A DNA stretch of 64,000 nt from Eledone cirrhosa. Taxonomy: Eukaryota. The position numbers were made by a program, and so were the translations under genes. Below are positions 40,660 through 53,876 of this stretch, one piece after another. Numbering within the stretch: position 1 is the stretch's first letter; each line of letters opens with the position of its first letter. Under the pieces are notes generated by a model that worked only from the letters and a program-made list of their open reading frames with translations, had not been told where the DNA came from and searched no databases. The stretch spans positions 54,808,001 to 54,872,000 of the forward strand of contig OZ024745.1 in NCBI GenBank assembly GCA_964016885.1, given 5' to 3'.

Positions 40660-41935
40660 TCATTTATATGTTGATGATGGCTGTTCGAGCATTGCCATTG
40701 CCCGATAAAATGCTAAACAATGTGAGGGACGAATCTGGCTCTTTAAACCAGCCAAAGAGCTGCACCCTGTGGCATATACATGGCAACTGTAGGCTCCTTC
40801 GGTACTTACCATTGCTTTGTTATGGCTGTGTATTCTCATGTGTCTTTTAAGACCTCTCATGCTAGAACATTCCTTGCAACATTCCTTAAACCTGTTCAGA
40901 TCATAATCTATATGAGGTCTACTGATTTGATTTTGTCCGTGTCTAGTCAAACCAGCTTTACTCAGGCAGACTCGACCCAGTGCTGGCAAACTAGATGATG
41001 TTCAACAACAGGCAGTTCAGAACAGTCTCTTTTCCTTACCTTTCTTTACAGTGTTAGGTGTTCTCTCCAATGAGTTTGATCAAACGTCTCCACTTCACAG
41101 GCTCCTCAGCCATTTTCTCCCATTCGTCAGATGAAATTCCAGCACAAGCCAAGGTGTCCCTGACACAGTCCCGGTACCGCATTTTTGGTCTGTGTGGTGG
41201 TCGTCTTCCTTCATACAGTTCTCCGTAGAGAAGTTGATTTGGAATACGATCATCAGACATCCGAACCACGTGAGCGCACCACCTCAACCAATGTCAAAAA
41301 TTCATGCTCTTTATAGTCACGCACCTGCTCCGTTCGTGAACTTCCAAATAACTGACGAACATTTTCTATCGCACCCTAAATAACTTACGAAGAGATTGTT
41401 GATGTAATCTCTCCAGTTACTTGGGGTGCTTTCTGTTTCACAAGCATAAAGCAAAGAGAGGACGACACAAGTCAGATACACTTTCACCTTAGTTTTGATA
41501 GTGATACCTCGTCTGGACTATAATCGTCCATGCAACCGTTCAAAAGCATCACTGGCTTTATTGATTCTTAAGGATATTTCATCATTAAGTGTGCATGAAT
41601 TGTTCAACGCACTACCAAGGTAAACAAACTTGGTAGCAACGTTTAGCCTCTTTCCGTACACTTGGTTTAGTGTACCGTTTTCCAACATTCTTTTCGAAGC
41701 TTATTGTGAGACCCAAAGCGCTGCAAGCTTCAGAAAAAAGAGTTCATAATATGCTGTATGTCACTTTGTGAGTGTGCAAAAAGATCGCAGTCATCTGCAT
41801 ACAAAAACTCTCAGATTATAGATGTTAATACCTTCGTGCTTGCACCAATGTGCCTGATGTTGAACAACCTTCCCGAAGTGTGATGCCTGATGTAAACTCC
41901 ATGCGAACAATCTTTCCTGAATGCCATGAGAAACA
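40660..41935 (-). mobile_element. RTE (BovB-like) LINE 3' portion with C2H2-type fingers
   Basis: EFLYADDCDLFAHS; KFVYLGS; RWCAHVVRMSDDRIPNQLLYGELYEGRRP..RPKMRYRD; downstream CKECSSMRGLKRHMRIH. Confidence 0.85.
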
Positions 41936-42726
41936 TTATCGTAAAATATATACATACATTCGAGAGTACACTTCTGTACATACAAGTATATTCAAATCTT
42001 AATATGCAACATTAAGCACGCACATTTTTGTAGGTGTGACAAAATAGAGTGCAACAAAACGTCACATATTGTCACATATTTAACTTGAGAGATACGATTG
42101 AAACAAAACCAAAATATCATGGCCCCTGTGACGATCAATAGCTTCCATCGCATTAAACAGAAAACTTGAAAGTGTGTAAAGCACGAAGAGAACAATGGGA
42201 ATGTTGTGCTAATGTAAAACTTTCATAGATTATCGTGATGAATTTACTTTTTGTTCATTTATATTTTCATTTTCATTTTTTAGTCGAAATCCACTTTTTG
42301 CTTGTACGAATTGAATGATGAGTCAAAAAGTATATCGGTGCGGATTTTTCGATAAACATGCATGAGTTTAAATATTTTCTATGTATGCACCGCCATTTAT
42401 ATTTGTGTATGTGTGCACTCCTTTGGCTTTTCTTTCAGGAAATGTTGCTTTCGGTGTGTAGACCCAAATTGACTTAACACACGAATTTGTTCTGAATTTT
42501 GTTCCGTTTCTTTCTCTTCTGAATATATTTCTATTTCGATATTAATTTCTCATTCTATCTACTGATAAAAGAATAGTGTCCGAAACGAAAGAAAACTTTC
42601 CCTACTATATCAAGCGTTAAACCAACATATTTCTTCATTGTACTCTGTTGTTTAATTTCCTTTAGTTTGCTTCTTGCATGCACGCGCACATACCCCCCCC
42701 CCCACATACACACACCCCCACACCCC

Positions 42727-42787
<61 letters not shown>

Positions 42788-43267
42788 CTGTGTGTGTGGG
42801 GGTGGGGTGGGGGGTTGGGGGGGGGGGGGGGGGGGGGGTTGTAGCAGCTTATCCTTGCGTATTTATGCTATCCTCCTGTGGACCTGTTTTATTGAAAACC
42901 AATCGAAATTATATTCATGTTCTACACCATATATGTAAATATTTCTGGGTAAACGCATATTAATTATCATTCATAAAGATCCGTATAAGTTTTTTTTTTC
43001 CCTTTCAAGATACACATGCAATATTCCTCCCATAAAGTTTCATAATTACACACGCAAACGCACACGCACACACAAACATACACGCAAAAACACACAAACA
43101 CACAAATTCACACAGACACACACACACACACATATATATATATATTTATTTTCTCTCGCCACCAACATATATTTACCATATATATATAATACAACTTTGT
43201 ATGTATGTGTGAATAGGCTTATAAATATATATGTATATATATTTATAAGCCTATATATAATTATAAG

Positions 43268-43320
<53 letters not shown>

Positions 43321-43340
43321 ATATATATATATATATATAT

Positions 43341-43915
43341 AGAATTCACATAAATCAAAGTTCTGTTCAAACCATTTATTAGCTTACAATTGTTTCATCC
43401 AAACCGAGGTTTGGGGTCTTCGGAGCAATTTTTCAATGTTTGTTTACATACATGACCTCCTTTCCAACACAAGAGACATACAGATACATATGTATATATT
43501 GATGCACAGTGGGGTGACATCCATTATATTATTTTTGCATGGCAATTTAAATTCAAAAATTAAAATCATATTAAAGCACAATCAAAGCAAAATTTAAATT
43601 AAAATACAATATCGGCAGTTTACATTAGCTTCGTAAACTGCCGATGTTGTATTTTAATTTTAATTTTGCTTTGATTCTGTTTTAATATGATTTTAATTTT
43701 TGAATTTAAATTGCCATGCAAAAATAATATAATGGATGTCACCCCACTGTGCATCAATATATACATATGTATCTGTATGTCTCTTGTGTTGGAAAGGAGG
43801 TCATGTATGTAAACAAACATTGAAAAATTGCTCCGAAGACTCCAAACCTCGGTTTGGATGAAGCAATTGTAAGCTAATAAATGGTTTGAACTGAACTTTG
43901 ATTCATGTGAATTCT
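43341..43915. mobile_element. 575-bp palindrome (283-bp arms, 9-nt loop) of a Penelope-like pseudo-LTR, one hammerhead motif per arm
   Basis: Arms 43341-43623 and 43633-43915 are near-perfect reverse complements; each ends HHR-AATAAA-...GAATTC-(TA). Confidence 0.8.
43382..43426 (-). ncRNA. Minimal hammerhead motif (U4C core, GUA site); mirror copy at 43830-43874 (+) has GAAA changed to GAAG
   Basis: GCT-CCGAAGA-C-CCCAAACC-TC-GGTTTGGA-T-GAAA-CAATTG-TA-AGC; palindromic stem III CAATTG. Confidence 0.65.
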
Positions 43916-44102
43916 ATATAACTGCTCTGTAGAACAACTGATGTTATTACATTGAGCTATTTATCTTACTGATAATAAGGTAGTAATATATTACTGTCTT
44001 TCACTGTTTAGGGTTTAATATATATATAACTATAAAAAGTTTTAGTATATACATAACCATAAATAGTATACTTAATACTATATATATATATATATATATA
44101 TA

Positions 44103-44702
44103 TCCGAATTTCCAATCTTTTATGAAGAGAAACCGTTGGTAATACCATTTTGGACATGTGAATATTTAAATCGTATTTTAATTTATTTAAAAGATTGTAT
44201 AATGTTTGCTTGTTCTGCTCATGTCATTTTTATAGTTCTGGTATCTCAAATTAGTACCATTGAACAACAATTGTATTATAGACACCCTATATATTTCCGT
44301 AGGTTCTTAGTACCTGTAGGAATATTAATCTCATTTTATGTATATTCTCCCTCTGTGTAGAGAAGAAAATGTTGTATGTTGCTGGTATTCGTTTTAGTGG
44401 CGTGACAGACAACAAGTCTATAATATTTCCGCTTTTACTGACAGTCTGTTTATGTGTGGGTCACTTTAACGGCCTGACCTCATACTTCATGCAATAAGCG
44501 ATATATTTATAACTTTAGGCTTTACGCCCTATAGAATGGAAATAGTTATCTGAAGAGCTGATCTTTGCATTGGAAATTCTCCGAATTTCCAATCATTTGT
44601 GAAGCGAAACCGTCGGTAATAGCATTCTGGACAGGTGAATATTTAAATCGTATTTTAATTCATATAAAAGATTGTTTAATGTTTGCTTGTTCCGCTTATC
44701 TC

Positions 44703-44705
<3 letters not shown>
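44103..44705 (+). mobile_element. Retrozyme/Penelope-like non-coding element: 477-nt unit with 126-bp direct terminal repeats, inserted in (TA)n
   Basis: 44103-44228 matches 44580-44705 at an exact 477-nt offset; the repeat spans the 3' half and cleavage site of a hammerhead; (TA)n on both sides. Confidence 0.75.
44533..44628 (+). ncRNA. Type I hammerhead ribozyme, canonical core
   Basis: AGAAT-ggaaata-GTTAT-CTGAAGA-GCT...ATTGGAAATT-ctccg-AATTTCCAAT...AGC-GAAA-CCGTCGG-TA-ATAGC-ATTCT; GUA cleavage after 44618. Confidence 0.8.
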
Positions 44706-44801
<96 letters not shown>

Positions 44802-44889
44802 AATAAGGAACTGATTATGCAGAGCGGTTGCGGGTCAAGCAGAAATTGAAAATTAGAATTGGTGCTCTGAAATACCGATATATATATGA

Positions 44890-44927
<38 letters not shown>

Positions 44928-45004
44928 TCATATATATATCGCAACCGCTCTGCATAATCAGTTCCTGATTATTACTAGAATTCTATAAGAATCAAACATT
45001 CATG

Positions 45005-45099
45005 ATTTTCAGCAAACAGGTGGAGTAGTTAGCTTTGATAAGCACCAAAAAGTGCGAAACAGAGCTCTGTCAGCTTTATCTCCCCTGTTTGCTGAAAAT
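45005..45099 (+). ncRNA. Extended type I hammerhead ribozyme with compensatory U3-A8 core
   Basis: 16-bp perfect outer stem (45005-45020/45084-45099), GGAG/CTCC, internal loop, AGCT-TTGATAA-GCAC-caaaaa-GTGC-GAAA-CAGAGCTCTG-TC-AGCT; GUC cleavage after 45071. Confidence 0.85.
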
Positions 45100-45245
45100 T
45101 AAAGTAAGTGAGATTGTCACTACTCTAAAATAATAGCGTAAGGTCTTCGAAATGCTTTTAATTAAGCATACAGTGTATTGCAAAATACACTATATATACA
45201 TTCATATATATATATGAATGTATGTATAGTATATTTGGCAATATA

Positions 45246-45303
<58 letters not shown>

Positions 45304-46506
45304 ATTGCTCATAATTGAATGAAGGTTTGCATATTTTTATCTTTTTGATATCCTACAGGATCATAAACTCATTTTGTAGCATAACATAGCTACTTTGCTG
45401 GTCAGGATTATTTTCAAGCTACCTCTGTGTGAAATATATCGATCGAAATCAATAGAACTTAATACACTATAATAAATATATCAGAGTTGATTAAATTGTG
45501 GCAGTGGTTCTTCTTTTTCGGAATAGTATTTGAATATTTATCAAGACTTGATATTGCTGGAAGTCGAATCCCACGTTGAAAGATGCTAAAAAAAAAAAAA
45601 GGGAATAAAAAATAATGAAGATTGATTCGCCCAATCTTCTCTCAAGTTGTGAAATGCACGAACTATTAAAAACTAAATAAATCTTCTTTTATTTATTTTT
45701 TCACTTTGGCTTTCCCTATTTGTGCAGTTGATGGATTTTCATCTTGCCTTTTTAATTATATCATTGTATATTTTACGATATTTTTGTGTTTCAATTTATC
45801 TTGCATCTTCTACTTTGTGCTCGATTTTCCTATCGGAGAATGTGATAAAGAAGAAATCATTCGCTCCATCATCTCAATAAATTTTGAAAAAAAAAAATAA
45901 AAAAAAATCAAAGTAAAGGAATGAAATACAAAAAGAAAAAAGCAAGTGCAGTTTCAAACACTTACTGTTGAAATGGCTTCAATGTGAAAAAGTAAGTTAT
46001 AGATTTCTGTTTTATCATTTGTTTATAAACCACGAGAGAGCATGATAAACATATAAGTATAAAATGGAAAGACTTTGAGATGCATATTTTCTATCTGTTT
46101 TATTTTTTTAAGAAACAGAATTTAAAAAATGGAAGAACGGAACATATTAACGATAAAACTAGGAATTAATGTTTTGTATTATTATAATTTTCGTCCTTTG
46201 AAGTCAACAAAATAAAATGGAACTGAAGTTATATAAGAAGATACCTTATATAATCCAAAGAAAAAGCCGTTGGAAATCTGAAGGAAATAGTTCAGTTGAA
46301 AGACTTATGTGACTCTCGAAAATGTCAACATCAGAGGAAAATGAAAACATCAGAGGAAAATTCTGCGCCGCCATCATGATATGGCACATATCTTCGAAAA
46401 CAGATTTCGTCATTGAAAATATTACCATGTTATGGGACGGACCATTAGAAATGGGTGGGGAAATAAACGCAAACATGGCATGTACAATAATTAATATATC
46501 TGAAAA

Positions 46507-46972
46507 CTAGCTGAATAGCCGGCCGTTGCTCGGGATTTGCTCTAGGGTTCTTATATATTTGATATATATTTATCCTTCTCGAGCCTCGTGAAGTAAATAC
46601 GTTTGTTTATATTGTGTTATTGTGTATGCAAAAATATCTGTACACGAATATATAAATAACAGTACAGAGAAGTACGGAATACCTCGGCCTCGGGTTGGTG
46701 TCTAGATTTTGTGCTTATAAAAAAAGTTCGTCGTACATTACCAGGGTTTTTTTCCGTTCGTAGAAAATGAATACTTTATCGCCAATTAAATACTTGTGTT
46801 TATATGTGTATGCAAACATATCTGTACGCGAATATATAATTATATATATATATATTAAAATAACAGATTAAAGTTTAAGCAAAGAATCGCTGCTTTCACC
46901 CTTAACGGGATCTTCTGAAACTAAAATAATAAATCTGTGAACGCAGAAGTAAATGTTTCGAAAAACGTTACA

Positions 46973-47012
<40 letters not shown>

Positions 47013-47336
47013 TATATACACACACACACACACACCGCGTCATAATGACGTAGTGCAGACAGCCAGGCATACAGACAGATATTATAAGGGCGCAACGTAA
47101 TATCTATGAATCTATCTAAAAAGAGAAAGACTAAGAGAGAGAGAAAGAGATCGCTAAATCGCCTAATGCGGTCCCTAGGTCATTGAAAATTTGAAATTGT
47201 TTTGGATCAGAACACTCAATAGGACCATAAGTATTGCATGTGTAAGGTTTGAAAACAATCGGTTGGGTGGTTCTCGAGTTTTAGTGAGTGTATATACAGA
47301 CAGACAAACATACATTCTCTGTTTTAGTAATATAGA
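46507..47336 (-). mobile_element. Non-autonomous Helitron-like element with nested insertions
   Basis: Minus strand begins A|TCTATATTACTAAAA...GTTTGTCTGTCTGT and ends with a GC-rich hairpin-like CCCGAGCAACGGCCGGC then CTAG|T; A/T insertion site, no TSD. Confidence 0.75.
46872..46922 (-). ncRNA. Second copy of the U4A hammerhead-like motif, nested in (TA)n inside the Helitron
   Basis: 46854-46968 matches 19980-20095; the 51-nt motif is identical. Confidence 0.6.
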
Positions 47337-47469
47337 TAAACCTGAAGGCTAAATTCATATGACAATACAATCAGCCATAACATCAGATGCAAACAAAATG
47401 CTCAGATGCAAACAAAAAGCCCTTCCTACAAATTCGGTGAAATATAACGTTTTCAAAACATCTGACTCA

Positions 47470-47950
47470 AAGAACTGCAGGCTCTGTGGAAAGAAGGTTT
47501 AAAATGTAGCCCACTTGTTAAGTTGATGTAAGAGCCTTTCGTAAAAAGAAAACAAGCGCTGCCATGATAAAGTGTGTATATATATACCTTCATTCGTTTT
47601 TGAGTCGTAAATACCAATATGAGGTCACACAGAAGCATGAGAATGTGCCTTGTAAAGAAATACAGGAGGATGGGAAAACAAAGATATTCTGGGATTAGGA
47701 TGTTCAAACTTATACAGATATTGAACATCGCTGATCGGACATTGTCCTTTTGAACATGAAAGACAAATACGATGAAAAACAAAGACGATGAATGCACAGA
47801 AAAAAATCCAATTTTGTTGTAATCGAGAAAAAGGATAGAAAACGTATTCTGATAGAAGGAACTTGTCCCTTTGACACCAGAAGTGAATGGAAAGAGCAGG
47901 GGAAAGGAATGGTGTATAACGACTTAAAATACGAGATCTTGAAATATTTT
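47470..47950 (+). mobile_element. R4/Dong-like non-LTR retrotransposon CCHC + RLE fragment
   Basis: CRLCGK..NVAHLLS.CK...HDKV; KIFWD.DVQT...IEHR.SDIV; FVVIEKKDRKRILIEGTCPFDTR...YNDLKYEI. Confidence 0.75.
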
Positions 47951-48390
47951 ATTAATGAGTTGACGACATTTGCCTTTATCCATCGGTTATTGGGGCTCAC
48001 AGCAAGGTGAAAAAAAACCCTGAAGACTACCTGTCGAAAATAGATTTTTGCACAATATATTGGACCACTCCAAAAGATATGCCTATTGGGTACAGTTCGA
48101 ATATTGAGAAATGTTCTGAAATAGAGGAGTAGCGAACGTTGGAATGGTCTATTGATTAACTGCAATTATACGATAGCAAATACAAGCAGTTGAAATGGGC
48201 TTAGAGTCGTTGGAATGTTCATTGGAAGGGTCTGTTTCTTAATGCCAAATCACAGGCATATTTTGTTTTTCTTGAAAGAAAAGAAAACCCAGAATTTTGG
48301 AGAAATGTCACTCAATAGAGAGTATGGCTCGTAAGAGTGTTTGAGGACTCTGTCGCAAGACCCTATCAGAAATAAGTGGGTGAAGAAGTA

Positions 48391-48447
48391 GAAGAAGAAG
48401 AAGAAGAAGAAGAAGAAGAAGAAGAAGAAGAAGAAGAAGAAGAAGAA
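48391..48447. repeat. (GAA)n microsatellite
   Basis: Direct reading. Confidence 0.95.
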
Positions 48448-51400
48448 ATACACCAAACTTACACAATGAGTATTCCTATAAGTATCACATTGACTGGGAT
48501 GGAGTCAGTCATGTTTTCCTAAGGTTGTGCTTATATAAAGAAAATGTGAGCCTCAACAAAAACAATAAAGAGGAAGTAACTTACTGTCAACATGAAAAAA
48601 GAAAAAAAGGCTGAACTTGATGAGCAATTGTCATGCTATTATTAAGTGGCTTGCATGATTTTGGTTCGTTACTAGAAACATAACATATGCCTGTGATTCG
48701 AAGGACAGTAGTGTTTGAAAAATACATTAGAGTCTGTTTACCAGCGGCAATATTAACTGGATAACCGATATTTATTTACTAGAGCACCTGTATGAAAAAC
48801 GAATATTTAAGCATTTTATAATTGATGACTGGGGTATTCTTTTCATATTTTAAACTTTCCTTTCACATTAGATTTCAGTTTTTCAAAACCACAGTGAAAA
48901 TGCCTATAGCCTATTTGAACACACAACATTTGTTCGTCATGTATTACCTTATCCAACAGTAGATTATTGTCAATGCTCGTATGCATTGTAAACTTGAAAT
49001 ATTGGTTTCTTTTGATTAAACACGTTTCTTCATTTTTAAAGGAGAAAAATAAAAGAGAGGAAGATTTTACTAAGTTTATGAATTACTGATACAAGCAACG
49101 TAAAATGACTTCAACCGGAAATCTGAAATGTATTGTAAAATGAAAATTCCTATAAATAAGGAATGAGCGTTCTCATCGTTCTCATAAAAAATAGCTATAA
49201 AACGTTTTCTATGAATTGATATAATTTTCGCAATAACTCTAACAATTTTATAATGGTAAAACGTCAAACATCAACTACATTTATATTCCTACTGACGTAA
49301 ACATTTAAAATTGTTTGGCAAAGCTTAACCTTATAAAAGCAACTACAATTATTACATAATTCTATTAACGTTAAATATTACTACATCTCTTAAAGAAATG
49401 TGCAATACTCACCCTTCCTCATATTTGATATCGGTATTATTATAAACAAATGTATAATATTTAATTAGTATTACAATGTTTTACTACGTGATATAAATTT
49501 TGGAATATTAAATTACGTGAGGTTAAGTAACCACTTGAATTCTAGTTTTCATAGATGCTGTGATGTACAATCTAATTACGAGTTTGCTATAATCATCTAA
49601 AACGTTTAAAAAATCTAGTTTATTTGTCTGTTAATGTGTTGTGAAAAGTTATGGGTTAAAAATATATATTTCATTGTGTATTTGTTTTTAGATACATTTT
49701 TTTTCCCGAAAGTAGACAGTAATAAAATATAGTGAAATATCTTTCAAAATTGACTTTATATTTAGGATATTAGTAATATTACTACCAAACAATTTAGTAG
49801 TGAAAACGAAAAGATGCATCTACACAACTGATTCCTACTACTATTGATGCTGTTTCGTTCCAGGTCAGCCTTCATCAAGCTGACCTATGAATTTCCAGGA
49901 TATTTCAGTCATAACATATCCCAACCTACTTTATTAAACCTCCTATTTGTTCCAAGATGGTAGGGTGTGATTTCAATATTTGACTGTTATATCAGGTCGA
50001 GTAAGCACGTAGGAAATCACACATTAGATCAATTTGTTTATCGTTTGCAATGTAAATCTCGCAAGTAGAATGGGAACATAGAATGAGAAATATTCTCATA
50101 TTCTCTCACCAAAATATTATTATACTCATATAAAATGGATTTACGCTTGTAAAACTTTTCTCATAAATGTACTCCCATATATGCTATTCATATATTGAAT
50201 TTATAGATTATATTACATAGGGTAGTTCCTTTACGTTAAGGCGTTGCTTTGTGTCCATTACAAGTATTCATTCTGAGAACGTACACCATTTACTTCTTGC
50301 TGCGTCGGGCAATAATGTACCATTACAGGTTTGTGTATTGGTGAAGTTTTGAGAACTTAAGGCGAGATGACTATCATTACATTGTATTCAAAGTTCTAAT
50401 TTCAACCATGAATAAATATTGGTCCCCATGAGAATAGCATACAATGCACAATTGGTGGATCAACATTGGGGGTTTAGCGCAATGGAATTATTTATTAGAA
50501 CAAGTGTATTTGACCGGTAATTAATTTTATCAACCTTGGATAGATGTAATATAATGTAAGCGTTTGTTGATTTTTAACAGAATGCATAGATCAATAAGTA
50601 AATACTGCAAACATGTTATTCTACATTCCATTAATCGGCAACAAGGACATTACTAATGTCTTATATACGCAACATGCGTCACATCGTGACTGCCGCATCG
50701 TATAATATATTGGCTGGAGAATGAGGAACGTTAAAGACAACTGATTGCATTTGAATTGCAAATTACAGCAGGAATAATAATTATTTCTAAGGCAGAGGGC
50801 AACAATTTTTAAGGGAAGTGGATTTTACTGATCCCTGTTTTTTATACATACTTCATTTTATAGCAGACAGAGTATAAACATTAGGAAAAGGAAGAGAGAC
50901 GGTATCACATATTCAACGTTAGTTTATTTTAAACATTTGGTGGCTGAACGAAGAGTAGATCCCTATGAATGGATGGTCTGCTCCGTGAGTTTCCCTGGGC
51001 ATATCATAATTGTTCACAAATGTCCTCGCAGGTGTCTATCGCAATTGACAAGATGAACATCGTTAAGAATTCTCTGGCACCGGTAGAGAAGTATTTTCTA
51101 TGAAAGTACTTATAGATCTTCTGTACTAGTTCCTGAATGATCAACTAAAGTGTATGACTTTATAACATCTAAATACAAGGCATGATAATTTCCATGATGT
51201 CCATTCAGAATAAAGACGAATGACTTTAAACCCATCAAGAAACATTGAGACGGTTGTATATTTGGCCACATTCAGTGTTGGTTTTTAAGCAGTATAGCTG
51301 GAGCAAGTTTGTATTTACTGAAGCAATTGTATATATATATATTAGCCAATAATTCACTGCTGCCCACCTGTAATACTGATGTTTGAGATTGATTCCGAAT

Positions 51401-52424
51401 TTTGTATGAATTAATTCCAGATAGGTGCTATAGATTCATATATATATCGGTTACGTAATTTAATCAGAAATAGGAGATATTATCAATTCAATTAACCTAA
51501 CGATTGCAACAGATCTTGATAATGTGAGAAAATTTCCATTTTATTTAGAGTTTTTCGTGATTTTTTTCTATATTGCGTTTGCTTCCTTATCCATTTTGTA
51601 TCTATATAGAATCACATATTTTACGATTGAATTCCTGATATCGTTAGTGTATCACGCTCTATGTAGCATTATTAATGAATATTGTGATTACGTGCTTTTC
51701 TTTTCTCATAAAATTTTTAAAACGTCGAAATTTTAGAATATTGCAATAAATATCTATAAAAGTTTTGTAGTCATACATACTCACTTTGCATCTATTTGTC
51801 AATGGCTTAGTAAAAAAAAAAGAAACAGTTTCCATGACCGTTGTTTGTGGATGGGATATGAGAAAGGTGAAAGAAGCAAATGAATATCCATGACACTTGG
51901 CGTATAAATAGACATGGTACTCGTTCCGAATATTTGAAAAAGAGTGGCCTCAGATAGAAGGCATGATAATCAGGGGTAAATGCTAAGCGTGGCAAATTTT
52001 CAGGTCTAAAACATAAATGTAGGTGTATTCAATTGAAATTATTTCCACGCATTTTCTGACTGGCCAATTTCAATCAAAATGATGTGATTGATCAAAAGTT
52101 ACAGGAAAAGTTATCTGCAGAAGGAAGCACACGGTGAGATAAAATCACGTAACATGCGATTGTGGATAAACGGCTATAATGCTAAGTTGAATAATTATTT
52201 TAATATCATTAATATATTTACTGATGTATATATGGACTTAAAAGTAAGTTATAATATGTATATATATATTACTTTCAATGAAACACTATCGACGTATTTC
52301 ATTTTAAAGATACTTTCAAGATCTTTGACCTCTCCACGTTGTCGTAACCCACTTTCTCAAATTAATTATAACACATACTGTGCATATATACAAACATACG
52401 ATACGTAAAAAAAATATATATATG

Positions 52425-52492
<68 letters not shown>

Positions 52493-52500
52493 TGTGTGTG

Positions 52501-52541
<41 letters not shown>

Positions 52542-52785
52542 TTTTATGTATCGTATGTTTATATATATGCACAGTTGTCTAACCTGATTGGTTTTTTTCG
52601 TTGATTTGGTATTATGTGGCTAAGTTTACATGTCGCAATTTTCAATTTGTTAAGCTGTCTAAACGTATGTTATTACTCTAAGGCCTACAACCTTATCGAG
52701 TGATTTTATGCACATTCATAATTGTGTATCGTTAGCTAAGCCACAGCCAAAACATCGATTTTACTAAACTTCCACTCATATATAA

Positions 52786-52868
<83 letters not shown>

Positions 52869-52894
52869 GAGGGAAAGAGAGAAAGAGAGAGATA

Positions 52895-52925
<31 letters not shown>

Positions 52926-53022
52926 TGTGAGAAACAGAGAGAAAGGGATAGACAGAAAGAGAGTAATGATTGCTCCCTCCCTCTCTCTTTCTCTCTCTCT
53001 CACTCTCTATATATACATATAG

Positions 53023-53197
<175 letters not shown>

Positions 53198-53771
53198 TAA
53201 AGCGAGAGAGAGAGAGAGATGAGGGAGTAAGAGACAAAATGGAAAAAGCGGGCAATCTCTTCTCTTGTGTCAACGTTTAGAAAACATTATAGTTTAGGTA
53301 AATTAAAGGTTAAACAATTCATTCCAGAGTGCGTTAAAAGAACAAAACAGAGAGACGTAGTATAAATTGTGCTATTTGACATATTACACAAATAAAGTAA
53401 AAACCTTGCACCAAACACTGTGATTCAACTGAGAACGAAGAGATAAATATGAGGCCCGCAATAGGTTAATCAAAATGAGGGGACACAGAACACATTATGA
53501 TACTACCAGCCGTTGCGGGAAATGGGGATGTGTGTAAACGGCTTAGGAAATGGAGAGAAGAACTAAAGACAGAAGGAAGCGATATTAAGAGGGAGGGAAA
53601 GAGAAAGAGAGAAAATATAGATGAATCTAATAAGAGAAGATAAAATACGATCTTCATTAAACTGACCCCTTCGATAGGGAGGTTTCAAAGGAATTAAAAA
53701 CAGGCATAACAGGATTGTTGAAGGACAGCAGCTAGTGTCACCTGGACACAGTGCGAAGAAAAATGATACAG

Positions 53772-53876
<105 letters not shown>

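Noticed and set aside
48010-48055. CTGAAGA-ctacctgtc-GAAA hammerhead-like core
   Set aside because: Stem I and stem II do not pair in the required register.
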